Below, in pieces: positions 22,876-34,742 of a stretch of 64,000 nucleotides of DNA. Position numbers and translations under genes: made by a program. The stretch spans positions 73,348,001-73,412,000 of the forward strand of contig NW_024704743.1 in NCBI RefSeq assembly GCF_018977255.1, in the 5' to 3' direction. The notes under the pieces were generated by a model, which did not search any database, was not told where the DNA came from, and saw only the letters and a program-made list of their open reading frames with translations. How positions within the stretch are numbered: position 1 is the stretch's first letter; each line of letters starts with the position of its first letter. The stretch is from Callorhinchus milii. Its lineage: Eukaryota.

Positions 22876-23311
22876 TAGCCTTGGGTTGTTTGAGCGCTGG
22901 AGTTAGGACTAAGAGGTATACAGGTGGGTCCAAACTCTTTTGAGGCTAATAAATTGAGTATCTTGTTTAAAAATACAGTATCTTACTTCATAGAGGTAGT
23001 AAGGTTCTCTGAAAGACAACTGATTATGAGCAGGCTCATCTGACAAAGCCAGACAGGTTCACAATATTCAAAGGCAGGTTTAGGGTGCAGACAATGGAGA
23101 CCCCAGTGTCGCAAGCTAAAACTTTATTAGGTAGGACAGACCTAATTGGACACGAGGTATGCACAGAGACATTACCATTGATTAGATCTTCAGCATTTCC
23201 AATATACTGTACTGCATATTTCATTGTAGGCCAGGCATTATACATTGGAAGATCAGAGGATGTTTTATTATCAGCCACCTCATTCAAGGCTATTCTTCCC
23301 TCTCCCCCTTG

Positions 23312-23712
23312 TATCAGCATGGCAGCCTGGCTCAGTTGATAGCACTCTCACTTCTGAGTCAGAAGATTATGAGTTCAAGCCCCACTTTGGGACTTTGAGT
23401 TCAAAGTCTAGGATGACACTCCAATCCAGTGATGGGGATGCGCTGCATTGTTCTGAGTCCTGTCTTTCAGGTGAGATATTAAACTGAGATCCTGTCTGCC
23501 TGTTCAGGTGGACATTAAAGATTTTATTGGCACTGTTTGAAAAAAGAAGGAAGTTTACCTTCAGTGTCCTCACCAACAAAGTCCCAACATAAAATTGTTT
23601 ATTTACTTTCCGGCTGTTCATGGGACATTGCTGTACACAAATTTGCTGCTGCATTTGTCTACAAAATACAAAGCCACTACACAATTTCGAGTAATTATTA
23701 TGAAGTGCTTTC
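23312..23712 (+). mobile_element. Deu-domain SINE
   Basis: TGGCTCAGTTGATAG A-box, GAGTTCAAGCCCC B-box, Deu core; tail cut by the following L2. Confidence 0.85.
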
Positions 23713-23714
23713 AT

Positions 23715-24487
23715 GGATGCACTCTCCACCTTACCGAGCCAGTACAGAACCATGGTGTCTTGTTTGACTCTCAACTGTCCTCTAATCCCACATCCGTGCC
23801 ATGACCCATTCTGCCTTCTGAAAGGAGAGGCAGTGGCAGAGGCTGGTAATGTTGTGGAGAAGGGAGACCCTAATCCATGCTTTTGTAACATCCAGGCTTG
23901 ACTACATCAACTCCCTGCTCACTGGACTTCCCAACTCTTCCCTCCACAAGCTGCAGATTATTCAGAACTCTGCAGCTCGTGTTCTCTCCCCATTAAACTC
24001 TGAGCTGATCATCCTCATCCTCATCTGGCTTCCCTGGCTCCCCATTCCCCAGAGGATTGAGTTTAAGATTCTCAAATTCACTTTTAAAGCCCTCCATGGT
24101 CTTGCCCCTCCCTACCTCTGCAGCCTGCTAAAATGTTACCACCCTGCCAGCTCCCTCCGCTTGGTGGGTACTGGCCTGTTCCATGTACCTCACTCTCCCC
24201 GGTCCAACATCCGCGGTCAAGCCTTCAGCCTTTCTGCCCCCATTCTCTGGAACTCCATCCCAGAGTCCCTTTATCTTGCCCTCTCCCTTGCCTCCTTCAA
24301 GTCTGTTCCAAGAGCTTCCTCTTTGATAGTGCCTTCGGTCATCCTCCCACCCTACCCCTCTTGCCATTCATCCCTCTTGCTTCCAACCTCCATCTCAGGT
24401 GCAAACCCTTCTCTGTCCAGCCCCTTGGGATGTCCTCCCGACATAAAGGCACAATATAAATGCAATTTGTTGTTTATTGTTGTTGTA
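23715..24487 (+). mobile_element. L2 3' fragment with internal deletions
   Basis: [23 protein letters not shown]...[14 protein letters not shown]; stem-loop and (TTG)n tail. Confidence 0.9.
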
Positions 24488-26054
24488 ATAAGACGCTGTG
24501 TTAAATGTGAGTATTAGTTTTATGTACAGCTCGTAGTGGTTACTGTAAAGGCTGCAATGAGGTCACTTACTACACTCCAAGATGATGAATGGTTTAATGG
24601 CTTGAAGAAACCTTAAGGCGAGCTTAATTGGGCCACAAAATAAATTGATAAGAAAACATATCCTTTTTGAATAATTTATAAATGTTGGCATAAAAATGCA
24701 TCATAAACACTTGTATGAAAGCCCAGCACCATATAAACAATGTCTTTGTTTAAATGAGTGAGCAGCATTTATTGGATACTACGCAACATCTATATACTTA
24801 ATTGATAAGAACCAACTGCCAGATCTTTTATTCTTCACCATATAAAGGTTAGCTTATATTTTTATTGAGAACTCAAATGTTTCTTGGTGTGCTAAAACTT
24901 TACAATAACTTTGTAATTCTTTATTCATTATTGCTTTCTTATTTAAATGTGGTGCCTGGTTGAATATTATAGTCATACAGATTATGACTAATTTATATTA
25001 CAATACAATCTGGTCTATGAATCATAGTCTTGTGTGTATATGCGGAACCAGCACACGTAAAAGAACAATTTATATATCAATAGGGCTTGGAAAAGAGAAT
25101 TTTTATGTAACGTGAAGTTTTTCTTTTAATTGAACAATCCTTCTGCAACTCAGCATTCAAGCAAATTGTTTTTAGTCCTTTCCAGTGAATATTGCAACAC
25201 AGCAACACAACACTAAATGGTGCTTAGTGTTTAGTAGTTAACATGAAACCAAGCAAACAAGGATAAGTAATAAACAAATAACATTGGTAAAACTACATTG
25301 TGGTGATGAATAATCAGTTGCAACTTACTGGTTTGGATTTTATGATGTATTTGTCAACCAGTTCATAAACTTAGTCCACTCAGTTCCAGTATAAACTCGG
25401 GCTTACTGCACGTGTTGGATAGCATTCTGGATAAATTTGTGAGTGAGAATTATAAAATGGAATTACAGGACAGAAACAGGCCATTCAGCCCATTAATTCT
25501 GTACCTTCTCATTTGAAATCTAGAGCGTGTACACAATGTGCATGAAAGGGTAAGGGTAAAGCTAGTGGTCTCCTTCCCAAGAGGTCTCAGGTTAATAGGT
25601 GCAGCTCCAGAATACATCTCTCTTTATATTTCCATTTACATGTAACCAAATAGCATTTCCCACTATCATGTTAATTCCATCCCCTTCAGGGATTTGCTTC
25701 ATATTTAGACTAGCAGAGAATACACTCCTATTGTGCTTTTGTAATTAGCCTTGGCCCAGACATATGGTACGTGCTCTATCTGTGGCTGGTTTCACTTTTT
25801 AGTTTTTCCGTGTCTGTCAAGGCTGTGAATGGTCAAATTGCCCTCAAGATCTTCCCGTTACAAACTGAACCAAGCCCCAAGCAGGTTCAGTTTGTAAATA
25901 AGTTTTCTAAATCAAAGAGTATAAAATGAGGTAAAGGTAAAAAGTTTGCTTTGCATTTGAACTGGTGTAGTTGTCAGGTAATATGTTAATGTATCCAACA
26001 AGCAATGCCATGGACTTCTAAGATACAGGTTCTTGTCTCTGATTCCTCACATAG

Positions 26055-26370
26055 TGAGTATCTTGTATCTCAGCGGTTAGAGCACTCGCTTTGCAAGTGA
26101 GACCTGGGTTCGATTCCTGGCAGGATGAAACCTTGGGCAACTTTCCTTACTCCACACGCCTGATAATATTCCCTCAAGAAAAAAGCCAATAATAAATTGA
26201 ACACTTCAATTAACGATTGTTTGTGGGACAGTTTGTGCTGTGCGCAATTGGCTGCCGCGTTTCTCCCACAAATTGTGCAGTCAATTTACTTTACAGTTTA
26301 TTCTGTGAAGTTCTTTGATATGTCTAGAAGACGTGAAAAGTGCTATATCAAATGCAAGGATTATTATTAT
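26055..26370 (+). mobile_element. SINE family 2, short variant
   Basis: CAGCGGTTAGAGCACTCGC..GGTTCGATTCC B-box, ACTCCACACGCCTGATAAT junction, AAGGATTATTATTAT tail. Confidence 0.9.
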
Positions 26371-27449
26371 CTAAACTCAGCTGAGCTCCCAACATTTAGC
26401 ACCTATTGAAGACTAGTGGTGCCACTTCAGACAGAGAGGAAAGATAAGAGGATGAGTTGGCAGTCCCTTTACTGTAGCTATTTATAGCTAGTTGTCGAAC
26501 AGCGTGAGAAAGACCCTGGGGAGTGGTAGCTCTCCTATTTGGCTAGAGACTGTTGCTTAACATAAAAGTGAGAAAATACGTCAAATCCAATTATAAAGAT
26601 GAAAGAGATTGCTGTTTGTAACAACTCCTGTAATTTAAATTCCATTTTATTGTTTAAACAAATTCTGCAGGAAAGCTGTTTAAGATGTGAATGGCACTTT
26701 TTGGGGGAAAAACACAAGCAATGAATTAAACAGTGATACAGTGAATTTGTGATACAGTAAGCATGATTCACACTTATTGATTAGCAAGTAAAAAATAATT
26801 TGACAGTGTTTCTCATGTCACACCACATTTCACTCTAATGTTATGGAATTGTGTTGTTGTTATTGTTGATGTACCATTTATTTCATCCTGTATAAATGTA
26901 AAAACTAATGCATGTTGTTTTGCTCATTTTCTTCAGAGTTGCAATTACTAATGGCAAAGTGGCTTCAGGTTTCTTTGTCAATGTCTTTCTTCTATTCTCA
27001 GACCTTAATTCGGCTTCTTCACTGCATTATTGACATCTGAAACCAGGCATGTGCAACTTGGCCTGTCAAACATTGCAAGCATTTAAACAAAGGATCTATA
27101 AATGTGAATGGTTAATAAAAGCTCATTACAGGAGAATATGATTAATGTATCTATGAATCTCTCCAGACCGAGAGAATGTGTGGCGTGCAGGAGTCTGATT
27201 GTATGCTTATATTAAACGATACTGAAGGATATAGGGGGTCAGCAGGAGTGTGGCTAAATTAGGTGGTTCATATGGAGGAAAACACCAGCATAGGCTTGAT
27301 GCACTAAAGGATCTGTTTCTGTGCTCCAATATTTTGTGATTCTATAACTATCTTCTATAACGTGTCTATTTTTCTGTCGTCGGGTGAGATGTTAAGCAAA
27401 CACTGTCTGTTCTATTTAAATATTCAATGCCACTTTTCAAAAAGTGAAA

Positions 27450-27910
27450 GCAATACAAATGTACATTGTTATAGTGCCTTTTATGTCGGGAGGACGTCCC
27501 AAGGCACTTAACAATAGTGATTAGCACTCGAGTTGGGAATGGGAGCTGAGAGGGGTGGGGAGGAGAAAGATCACCAAAATGTCTTTCTCGAGACAGAGCT
27601 TGAACAAGGTGATAGAGAAAGTGAGTTGGAGGGACTCCAGGATGGAGTTGCAGAGAATGGGAGCACATAAACTGAAGGCCTGTCTGCCAATGATGGAACA
27701 GGTAGGGTGGGGGACATACAGAAAACCGGCCCGCGCTGATACGTAGGATTTGAGGAGGTCACAGATGTAGGATGGGGCAAGACTGTCGAGGGATTTAAAG
27801 GTGAAAACAAGGTCGAACTTGATCTGCTGGGGGATGGGGGACCAATGGAGTCAGAGAGGATGGAGGTGATAGGGTTGCAAAGCCTGGTGCGAGAAATGAA
27901 ATTGGCTGTA
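27450..27910 (-). mobile_element. L2 3' fragment, degenerate
   Basis: GTCGGGAGGACGTCCCAAGGCAC stem-loop; GGATGGAGTTGCAGAG. Confidence 0.78.
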
Positions 27911-30354
27911 AAGATGTGAGTTTCACCCATTGTTCTGGCCCTGGTCAGATTGTTCATTTCATGGCCATTTGTGGGATCTTGCTGGTTCAATGATTGCTAT
28001 GTTTGTCTACAGAAATTCATAGAATCAGATTTACTCCACAGAATGAGGCCATTCAGCCCATTGAGTTTGTATCGGCTCTCAAATCAAGTTGTTCATTAAA
28101 TCCCACTGTCTTGCCTTATTCCCTTACCCCAAAATAAGTGCTACACTTTCTTTTCCACTCCCTTAGCATTTCTGGAGGGATTCCATGGAGTTAAGTTAAA
28201 TTGGGTGTTAAACATTACAAATTTGATGAATCTATTAATAATAATAATCTGAAACAGACGCTCAGCACTAATGACCTTGCTGCTCACCCATAAGAAAGTT
28301 AATTAGTGCTGCAACTCTGCCTTTATGCGATTGGTGTCTTAATCTTACTGAACTCTGGGCAGAATGGGGCATTCGGTGAAAAATTGTGCTTTATGCCATG
28401 TTCAGGAATCTGGTGAATTTACTCTAGAGAGCCAACTATCCGCACTAATTAGGACTGAATGAAATGATGCAGATAATTAATGATCATGGAAAATACTAAT
28501 TACTAACCAAAAATGTTTCCATTAGGTGTTATACTGTCACTACTGTACCTCAAAGAGCCTGGTCTCTCTCTCTCTCTACCTCCTATTCTATCACTCTTAA
28601 CTCTTACTTTTTCTCTGGCTCATTCTTTCTCAATCCCTTTCTTCTCCCTGAGTCTCAAACTATCTGTCTTTTTCTCTTTCTTTCTTTGTCTCTCCCTGTT
28701 TCTAACTTTAAACTGCAGATTATTAAATATAAACTTGCCCTCACCCCACTGACTCACAGTCATGCTGTGTAGATACATTGTGATTTGGTAACCTCTTGCA
28801 CATGTGCACAACTGGGTTTTCTGCTGGTATCACAGACTAAGTTCACACCCGCAACTCAGCCCAATGCGAGTAAGTGTTTACATGTAGTTTGTGTGCAGAT
28901 AACAGCATTCCACTGTCCAGCCTTAATCGGCATAGCATCCAAAGTGGGAAGGGCAAATTGCCTCCCTATTATTTTTAATTAAAGAACCTTTAGACAGAAC
29001 AGTTCAAGACAAGTTTTAGAAGACTCCTTCTGAGACAGAAAACTGGTGCCAGTCATGCTGAAAGCTGGTGGAGACTGATTGGTTTAACCTTTTACATATT
29101 ACAAAATAAGGATTAACAAGCTGCCAAGGGAATGCACTGCATGAGAATTGTCACCAGTGAGTTACCCTCTGGGTATGGATCACACTAAATGATCCTAGGC
29201 ACACATTTGGCCAACTGCCAATGGTGCACAGTGCTAATGTGAATGTTGTCTGCTTTATGCCACTAGACTGCTGCTGGTATGCTCCAGGCAAACCCTAATA
29301 GAAAAACGCTTAGCTGAAATTGCTGAGATGGAGAAAGAGAGACTGTGATAAAAGGAATAATTTAGCTTTGTAATACACAAAGGTATATTATAGGGTTGAG
29401 AGGTCATCTCATGTTCATGTGTCTGGTACAGAATGATGCTTAGGGCTAAGTGAAGGATTCACAACTGCACTTTCAATTCAGCGAAGGACCTTAAAGCACA
29501 ATGTTCTGGGTGGCTCCACGGTAAAAACTCTATATGTTGCAGTGGTATAATAGAATGTGAGTTTGATTCTCTCATTCTATTGAGTACCTCAACAAATGGT
29601 GTTTGGGAGAAATTCCCAACTGTATTGGAGGGGTCACTCTTCCTTTTGGCCGCAGGAGCAGAGGAAAAAAAGACAAAAATTAGAAAACAAAAAATGCATT
29701 AAACCCAGACCTGCTTTACATAAATAATTGCATCCACTAACAGTATATTTTGATATAATAGAACACCATTCATAGAAAATAATTCTGAATCCAAGTTCCC
29801 TCACTATAGAGCACTCATGCTACAAAGCGATCACTAACCAAGTGAGATTCCGTGCATGAATCTTCTATTGTTTTGAGCATAATGAGCAGTGGAGATCAAC
29901 TGGCAGAAGAGAAATTGGGCTACGGTCATAACATATTTAATTCGGTCTGCAATATGATGATACGTCTTTATAATGGGAAATCCCATGAATTACTTGACAA
30001 ATTGGAAAATATGATTGGCTTTGCATTCTCCCTTTTTTCTCCAAATTCTGCATTTTCCTGACACTTTCAAGTGACCTCAGTTTCATCACAGTAAGTCACC
30101 TATCTGGTTCCCTCACGTTGAGACAATAGATTTCGTATTTTCAAATGCAAGTCTGATAGACTCCAAAGCGCCTTTAATATTTGCGAATCCCAAATTAGAC
30201 CACATTGTTTTTAATTACTAGAAAATCCCAGTGTGTAACTAGTCCAGTTTAAATGTAGCTTTGTAATTGGACCGATCACATTTAAATTTGTTTGAAAGTG
30301 GTTTAATGTAAAATATTTCAAATCATACTATATATTGCTTAAAGTTAACAACAA

Positions 30355-30690
30355 GAAACAACAATAACAGATTACATTTGTATAGCGCTTTTCCCATTGG
30401 GAGAACATCCCAAGGCTCTGGACAGTCCAGGATTTGGATCTGAACTAGGGGTGTGGGATCAGGAGGGGCGGAGGGCAGGGTGGGTAGGGGTAAGAGGGTG
30501 ACCGAAGGCACAGTCGAATAGGAGTGTCTTCAGAGGGGTTTTGAAGAAGGCAAGGGAGGTGGTGAGGCAAAGGGACTGTGGGATTCAGTTCCGAAGGGTG
30601 GGGGCAGGAAGGCTGAAGGCACGACCGCCGATGGTGGGCTAGGCCAGGTGGGGGACATGGAGCAGGCTGGAGTCTGCTGTGTGGAAAGCA
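30355..30690 (-). mobile_element. L2 3' fragment, followed by a second L2-type tail (30689-30750)
   Basis: (AAC)n-like tail, GGAGAACATCCCAAGGC, GGCTGAAGGCACGACCGCCGATGGT. Confidence 0.8.
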
Positions 30691-31320
30691 ACAACAACAG
30701 CTGGCATTTATATAGCGCCCCTCACACAGAGTAATGTCTCAGAGAGCTTGATTCAGTTGATTCAATGCAATACTTGGATTGTCCCTCCAGTATATTTACT
30801 TTTACATTATTTCAATTACTTGCATTTTAAATAACTCGAATTCTTCTGACTGTGTTACAATAGATTATTTCAATTATCTATAAAAACCTTTGTCATAAAT
30901 TATCAATTTGTTTTGGGTCATCCTCAGGTACTTGAGGTTCAGTATTTGATCTTTATCACAATAGACACAAGAGTGATTAGACACAATATATTAAGAGTGA
31001 TACCCTGGATTTCATGTTTGATTAACTTGAGACCCAAGGTAGAAATTTCAGAATAATCTTCTTTAAAATTTTGCTTGTTAAATAAGATGGAAACAGTCCT
31101 TGATAGTGCAAAAGATTGGTTTGATGGACTAAATGGTCGTGGTGTATCTCATACATTATATTCTTCCTCCTGTCTTGTGTGATGATCGAATCCCTTAAGG
31201 ATAACTTTTAAAAGTATCCATTTCAATTCAGCTACAGAAAGTGCTTGTAGAAGCACTTTACACGCTTTTGTTGAACCACATTGTCTGTTTCAGGGAAAGA
31301 TCCTGATACGATTGACTGCG

Positions 31321-31665
31321 CACTCTACTTTTCATTCTACATCTATTTTCTTCATGGAAAATCTTCTACTTACTCACTCACATTTTTAAAAGCAAAGATG
31401 ATACTGGATGTACAAAATTAATCCTTTAAAGATTACAATATTGAGACAATCTGTTTAAGAACATTTCAACTTGCTAATTTCTACTTCATTTGACTGTCAG
31501 TCAACAATGCTCCATCGGCCAACTTTTGATCAGTGAAATGTTTGTGAGAAGCACTTAAAGGATTCATTGTATCCATCCAGTATCATCTTTGCTTTTAAAA
31601 AGTTAAACGTGAGTGAGTGGAAGATTTGTCATGAAGAAAATAGATGTACAATGAAAAGTAGAGTG
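31321..31665. repeat. Long inverted repeat (MITE-like), arms ~110 bp
   Basis: CACTCTACTTTTCATT...AAAAGCAAAGATGATACTGGATG is mirrored by CATCCAGTATCATCTTTGCTTTT...AATGAAAAGTAGAGTG. Confidence 0.9.
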
Positions 31666-32639
31666 TAAATACTAACAGTGAGAAATCAAACCATTCTTCT
31701 GCCTCCCTTTCTCCCTGCTGATAATCTAAGGGGATTCATTACTTTATGGATAGCATATTGAGATAATCTGCAGATTAGTACTGTATCCTATTTATTGACA
31801 GGTTTGCCCTTTAGACTCTAATACAAGGGAAAAGGTGTCTGTTTAGTGTTTGCATTGCCTGAGATCATTCCCAGCTTTCTCATCAGCCTGAGATGCCGTC
31901 CGACGTGGAGGGCGCTATATAAATCCAAGTTGTTGTTGTTATATTTGATATTATCAAGTTTGCTCTAAATAGGAAAAAGTATTTATAAGCAGCAATTTAT
32001 TGCTGACCACGATTTGGGATGTCCTCCCGACCTGAAAGGCACTTTACAAATGTAATTTTGTGTTGTTGTTGAGCTACTTTTACATGCTTGCTGGAGATCA
32101 TAATGTTAGTAAGTTTTGTTTAAGTTAGTTATTTTTATTGGTATTTTCAATAATCCTTGAATACCCAAAAGGTTTTACATCAAATCCAGATCAATTTCCA
32201 TTGAGAATTGAGTAAAGCTTACAAATGAAACATTCGATAGAATTAAAATCTAGTGTGCTGAAACAGTTTGCACAGATCCAAAGATGGTTGAGTTGCTTTT
32301 AAGTGGGAAAATGTATTCATGACCCTTGTCATGAGAATGTTTTACTTGAAATCTCTCAGTGAATTTCAAAGGGATTGTTCCAGCATGCGTTGGGGACTTT
32401 AAAGTCTAACTCTTATTTAAAAGTATTAGGAACTGATTATTATCCACCACTACATGCTACGAACAACAACAACAAATTACATTTGCATAGCACCTTTATT
32501 TTGCAGTATATTCAGTGAAGCGGTTTCAGACATCTTGGTGACTGATGAGGCACTATACCAAAGGATTATAATTATTATTCACAGAGATGGTAGATTTTCA
32601 GATTTGATACAAGTCCTTGAACGAGAGAGAATAACCATT

Positions 32640-32900
32640 ACATAGTGCTTTTCACCTCAGGAGGATGTCTGAGCTAGTGGCAGTTGGGTGGCTGGGGGGG
32701 TGGTGGGGGAGGTGAGGTCGGGAGAGAAACTGAGGATGATGGGTGGGGGTTGGCGGACCTAAAGTCCATTTGAAAAGATAAGTCTTAAAATGGGCTTAAA
32801 ATGTGGGCAGGGATTGGGCAAGGTGGAGGAATTCCGGGATGGAGTTCCACAGAGTGGGAATATAATGGCTGAAAGCTCGCCCGCCGAAGGTGGAGCAGAT
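32640..32900 (-). mobile_element. L2 3' fragment, degenerate
   Basis: GGATGGAGTTCCACAGAGTGGG...GGCTGAAAGCTCGCCCGCCGAAGGTGG. Confidence 0.7.
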
Positions 32901-32909
32901 ATTGAGCAA

Positions 32910-33119
32910 AGGGAAATAATCTCTTAAAAAAAATAATAATAATATATTGGTCACTTCAATCCATGACTGTTTGTGGGACACTGCTGTGCGCAATTAGCTG
33001 CCACGTTTCGCCTACAAAATATACAGTCAATTCACTTCCTGTGAAGTGCTTTGAGACATCTCAAAGATGTGATAATGTGCTGTATCAAATGCAAGGATTA
33101 TTATTATTATTATTATTAT
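32910..33119 (+). mobile_element. SINE family 2, 3' half
   Basis: TGTTTGTGGGACACTGCTGTGCGCAATTAGCTGCC body and (ATT)n tail. Confidence 0.88.
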
Positions 33120-33858
33120 ACCATGTAGCAGATCACTGTTAGCTGAGATTTCTTTCTTGTTTCTTCTTTGCTTGTTACTGGATATTTACGGTTAGGAGTT
33201 AAACCCAACTTTATACATAGGAGTAAAGTGTGTCGTATTTATGCAGAGAAACCGGCTATCATGGATCTTAACCATCACTTTATAATGTGCTCAAACAGGA
33301 GACAGAGAGATGTTGAACCACATGCATTTGACATTTACAGTCCTTGCATTTTAATATTTTTCAGTATTGATGTAACTGGATTGTATTGTATTCCAACAAA
33401 TAAAACCAAGCAATTTTCTTAAAAGTGACATGAAGAAAGCTACATGTATAAATTGTAAATTGTTAATTATCTGTGTAAATGGCCTGCTGAAATGCCAATT
33501 TCACTTACTCTGTACAATTTTTAAAGAAATGTATTATTCCTAGATATAGGTGCCTCTTAACCAGATGTCAGGCTGGTTTAGTTGGTAGCACTTTTGTCTC
33601 TGAGTCAGAAGCCTCACATCTGAAGTTGAACCCACATAGTTTAGGCTAGCACTCCAATACAATGTTGGAAGAGAGTTGCATTGTTGAGGGTGCCATTCTT
33701 CGGATTAATCCGAGGTCCTGTCTGTTTATTCAAGTGGTGTACACTGCTCTGGGTTAGACCACACATTGAATGCTGCATAAGGGAACTGTCCAGACCCTAA
33801 AAGCAGTGCAAAGGAGAGCAACAAGGATGTCCACAGTGGTAGAGGAATGAGCTATGAA

Positions 33859-34742
33859 CTGGGCCAATAGAAAAGTGCAGAAATATTTGCCCCAAGTTGC
33901 GGAGAGGTTTGGCCATTTTGCAGAAAATTGCGGTGGTTGGTTGGTGCTGTTGAGGTATATTTTCTGCCAACCTACATGTTTTAATTTTACTGATAAAACT
34001 AAATATAAAGAAATAACATTTATTAGATTGTAGCAAAACAAATATGAATTGCTTCTTTAATATTGGGGGGGAGGACACCAGCGAGGCTACAGGAGCTCAC
34101 CACCTCCTGCCTCTGAGGGCCGGAATCACACACAGACACAGAGACCTAGAGAGAGACATACATACTCACTGACACAGAGAAACACATTCTCTCAGAGACA
34201 CACACACACAGATATATACACACACAGATAGAGGAGAGACACACATACACATTCACACAGAAACACACACACATATAGAAGAGACACATACAGACACATT
34301 CACAAACATACATACAGAGGAGAGAGACACTCACATAGACACATACACACACAACATGCAGAGAACAGAGAGACACTCTCACACAGATACTCACAAACAC
34401 ATGGAGGGAGATACTCACCAGACACTCACATAGGGACATTCACAAACACATAGAGAGACACACACAGACATTCACAAACACATAGTGAGACACACACACA
34501 CACACTCACATAGAGACACTCACAAAAACATAGAGAGACACACAGACATTCACAAAGTGGGGCCTCCGAGTGAAGCCCATTTGCTGCTGGCGCAGCACAG
34601 TGCGTGTGCATCCACTCTGCCCACAGTGACGTCAGGTAAACAGCGAGGGGCCAGCAAATACTTTATGACGGGTTTGTAGTGGAGGGTTTGTTTATGGCGG
34701 ATTCCGCGGAAAAAGTGCGGTGGCACCTTTCTATTGGCCCAG
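33859..34742. mobile_element. Non-autonomous hAT-type DNA transposon (884 bp)
   Basis: TIRs CTGGGCCAATAGAAAAGTGC (33859-33878) and GCACCTTTCTATTGGCCCAG (34723-34742), 19/20 match; flanking 8-mers GCTATGAA and GCTATGAG; GCGG subterminal repeats. Confidence 0.88.
34128..34555. repeat. Compound (CA)/(GA) low-complexity microsatellite
   Basis: Degenerate ACACAC/AGAGAC arrays. Confidence 0.95.

Noticed and set aside
24969..25028. Small hairpins TAGTCATA/TATGACTA and CTATGA/TCATAG
   Set aside because: Arms of 6-8 bp in AT-rich DNA are expected by chance.
26060..26125. tRNA gene (A and B boxes present; similar heads elsewhere)
   Set aside because: Head of a SINE running directly into the SINE body; no intact acceptor stem.
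34146..34439. Cys/Val-rich ORF; also the TPTHTL-repeat ORF at 40804-41223
   Set aside because: Translations of micro/minisatellites.
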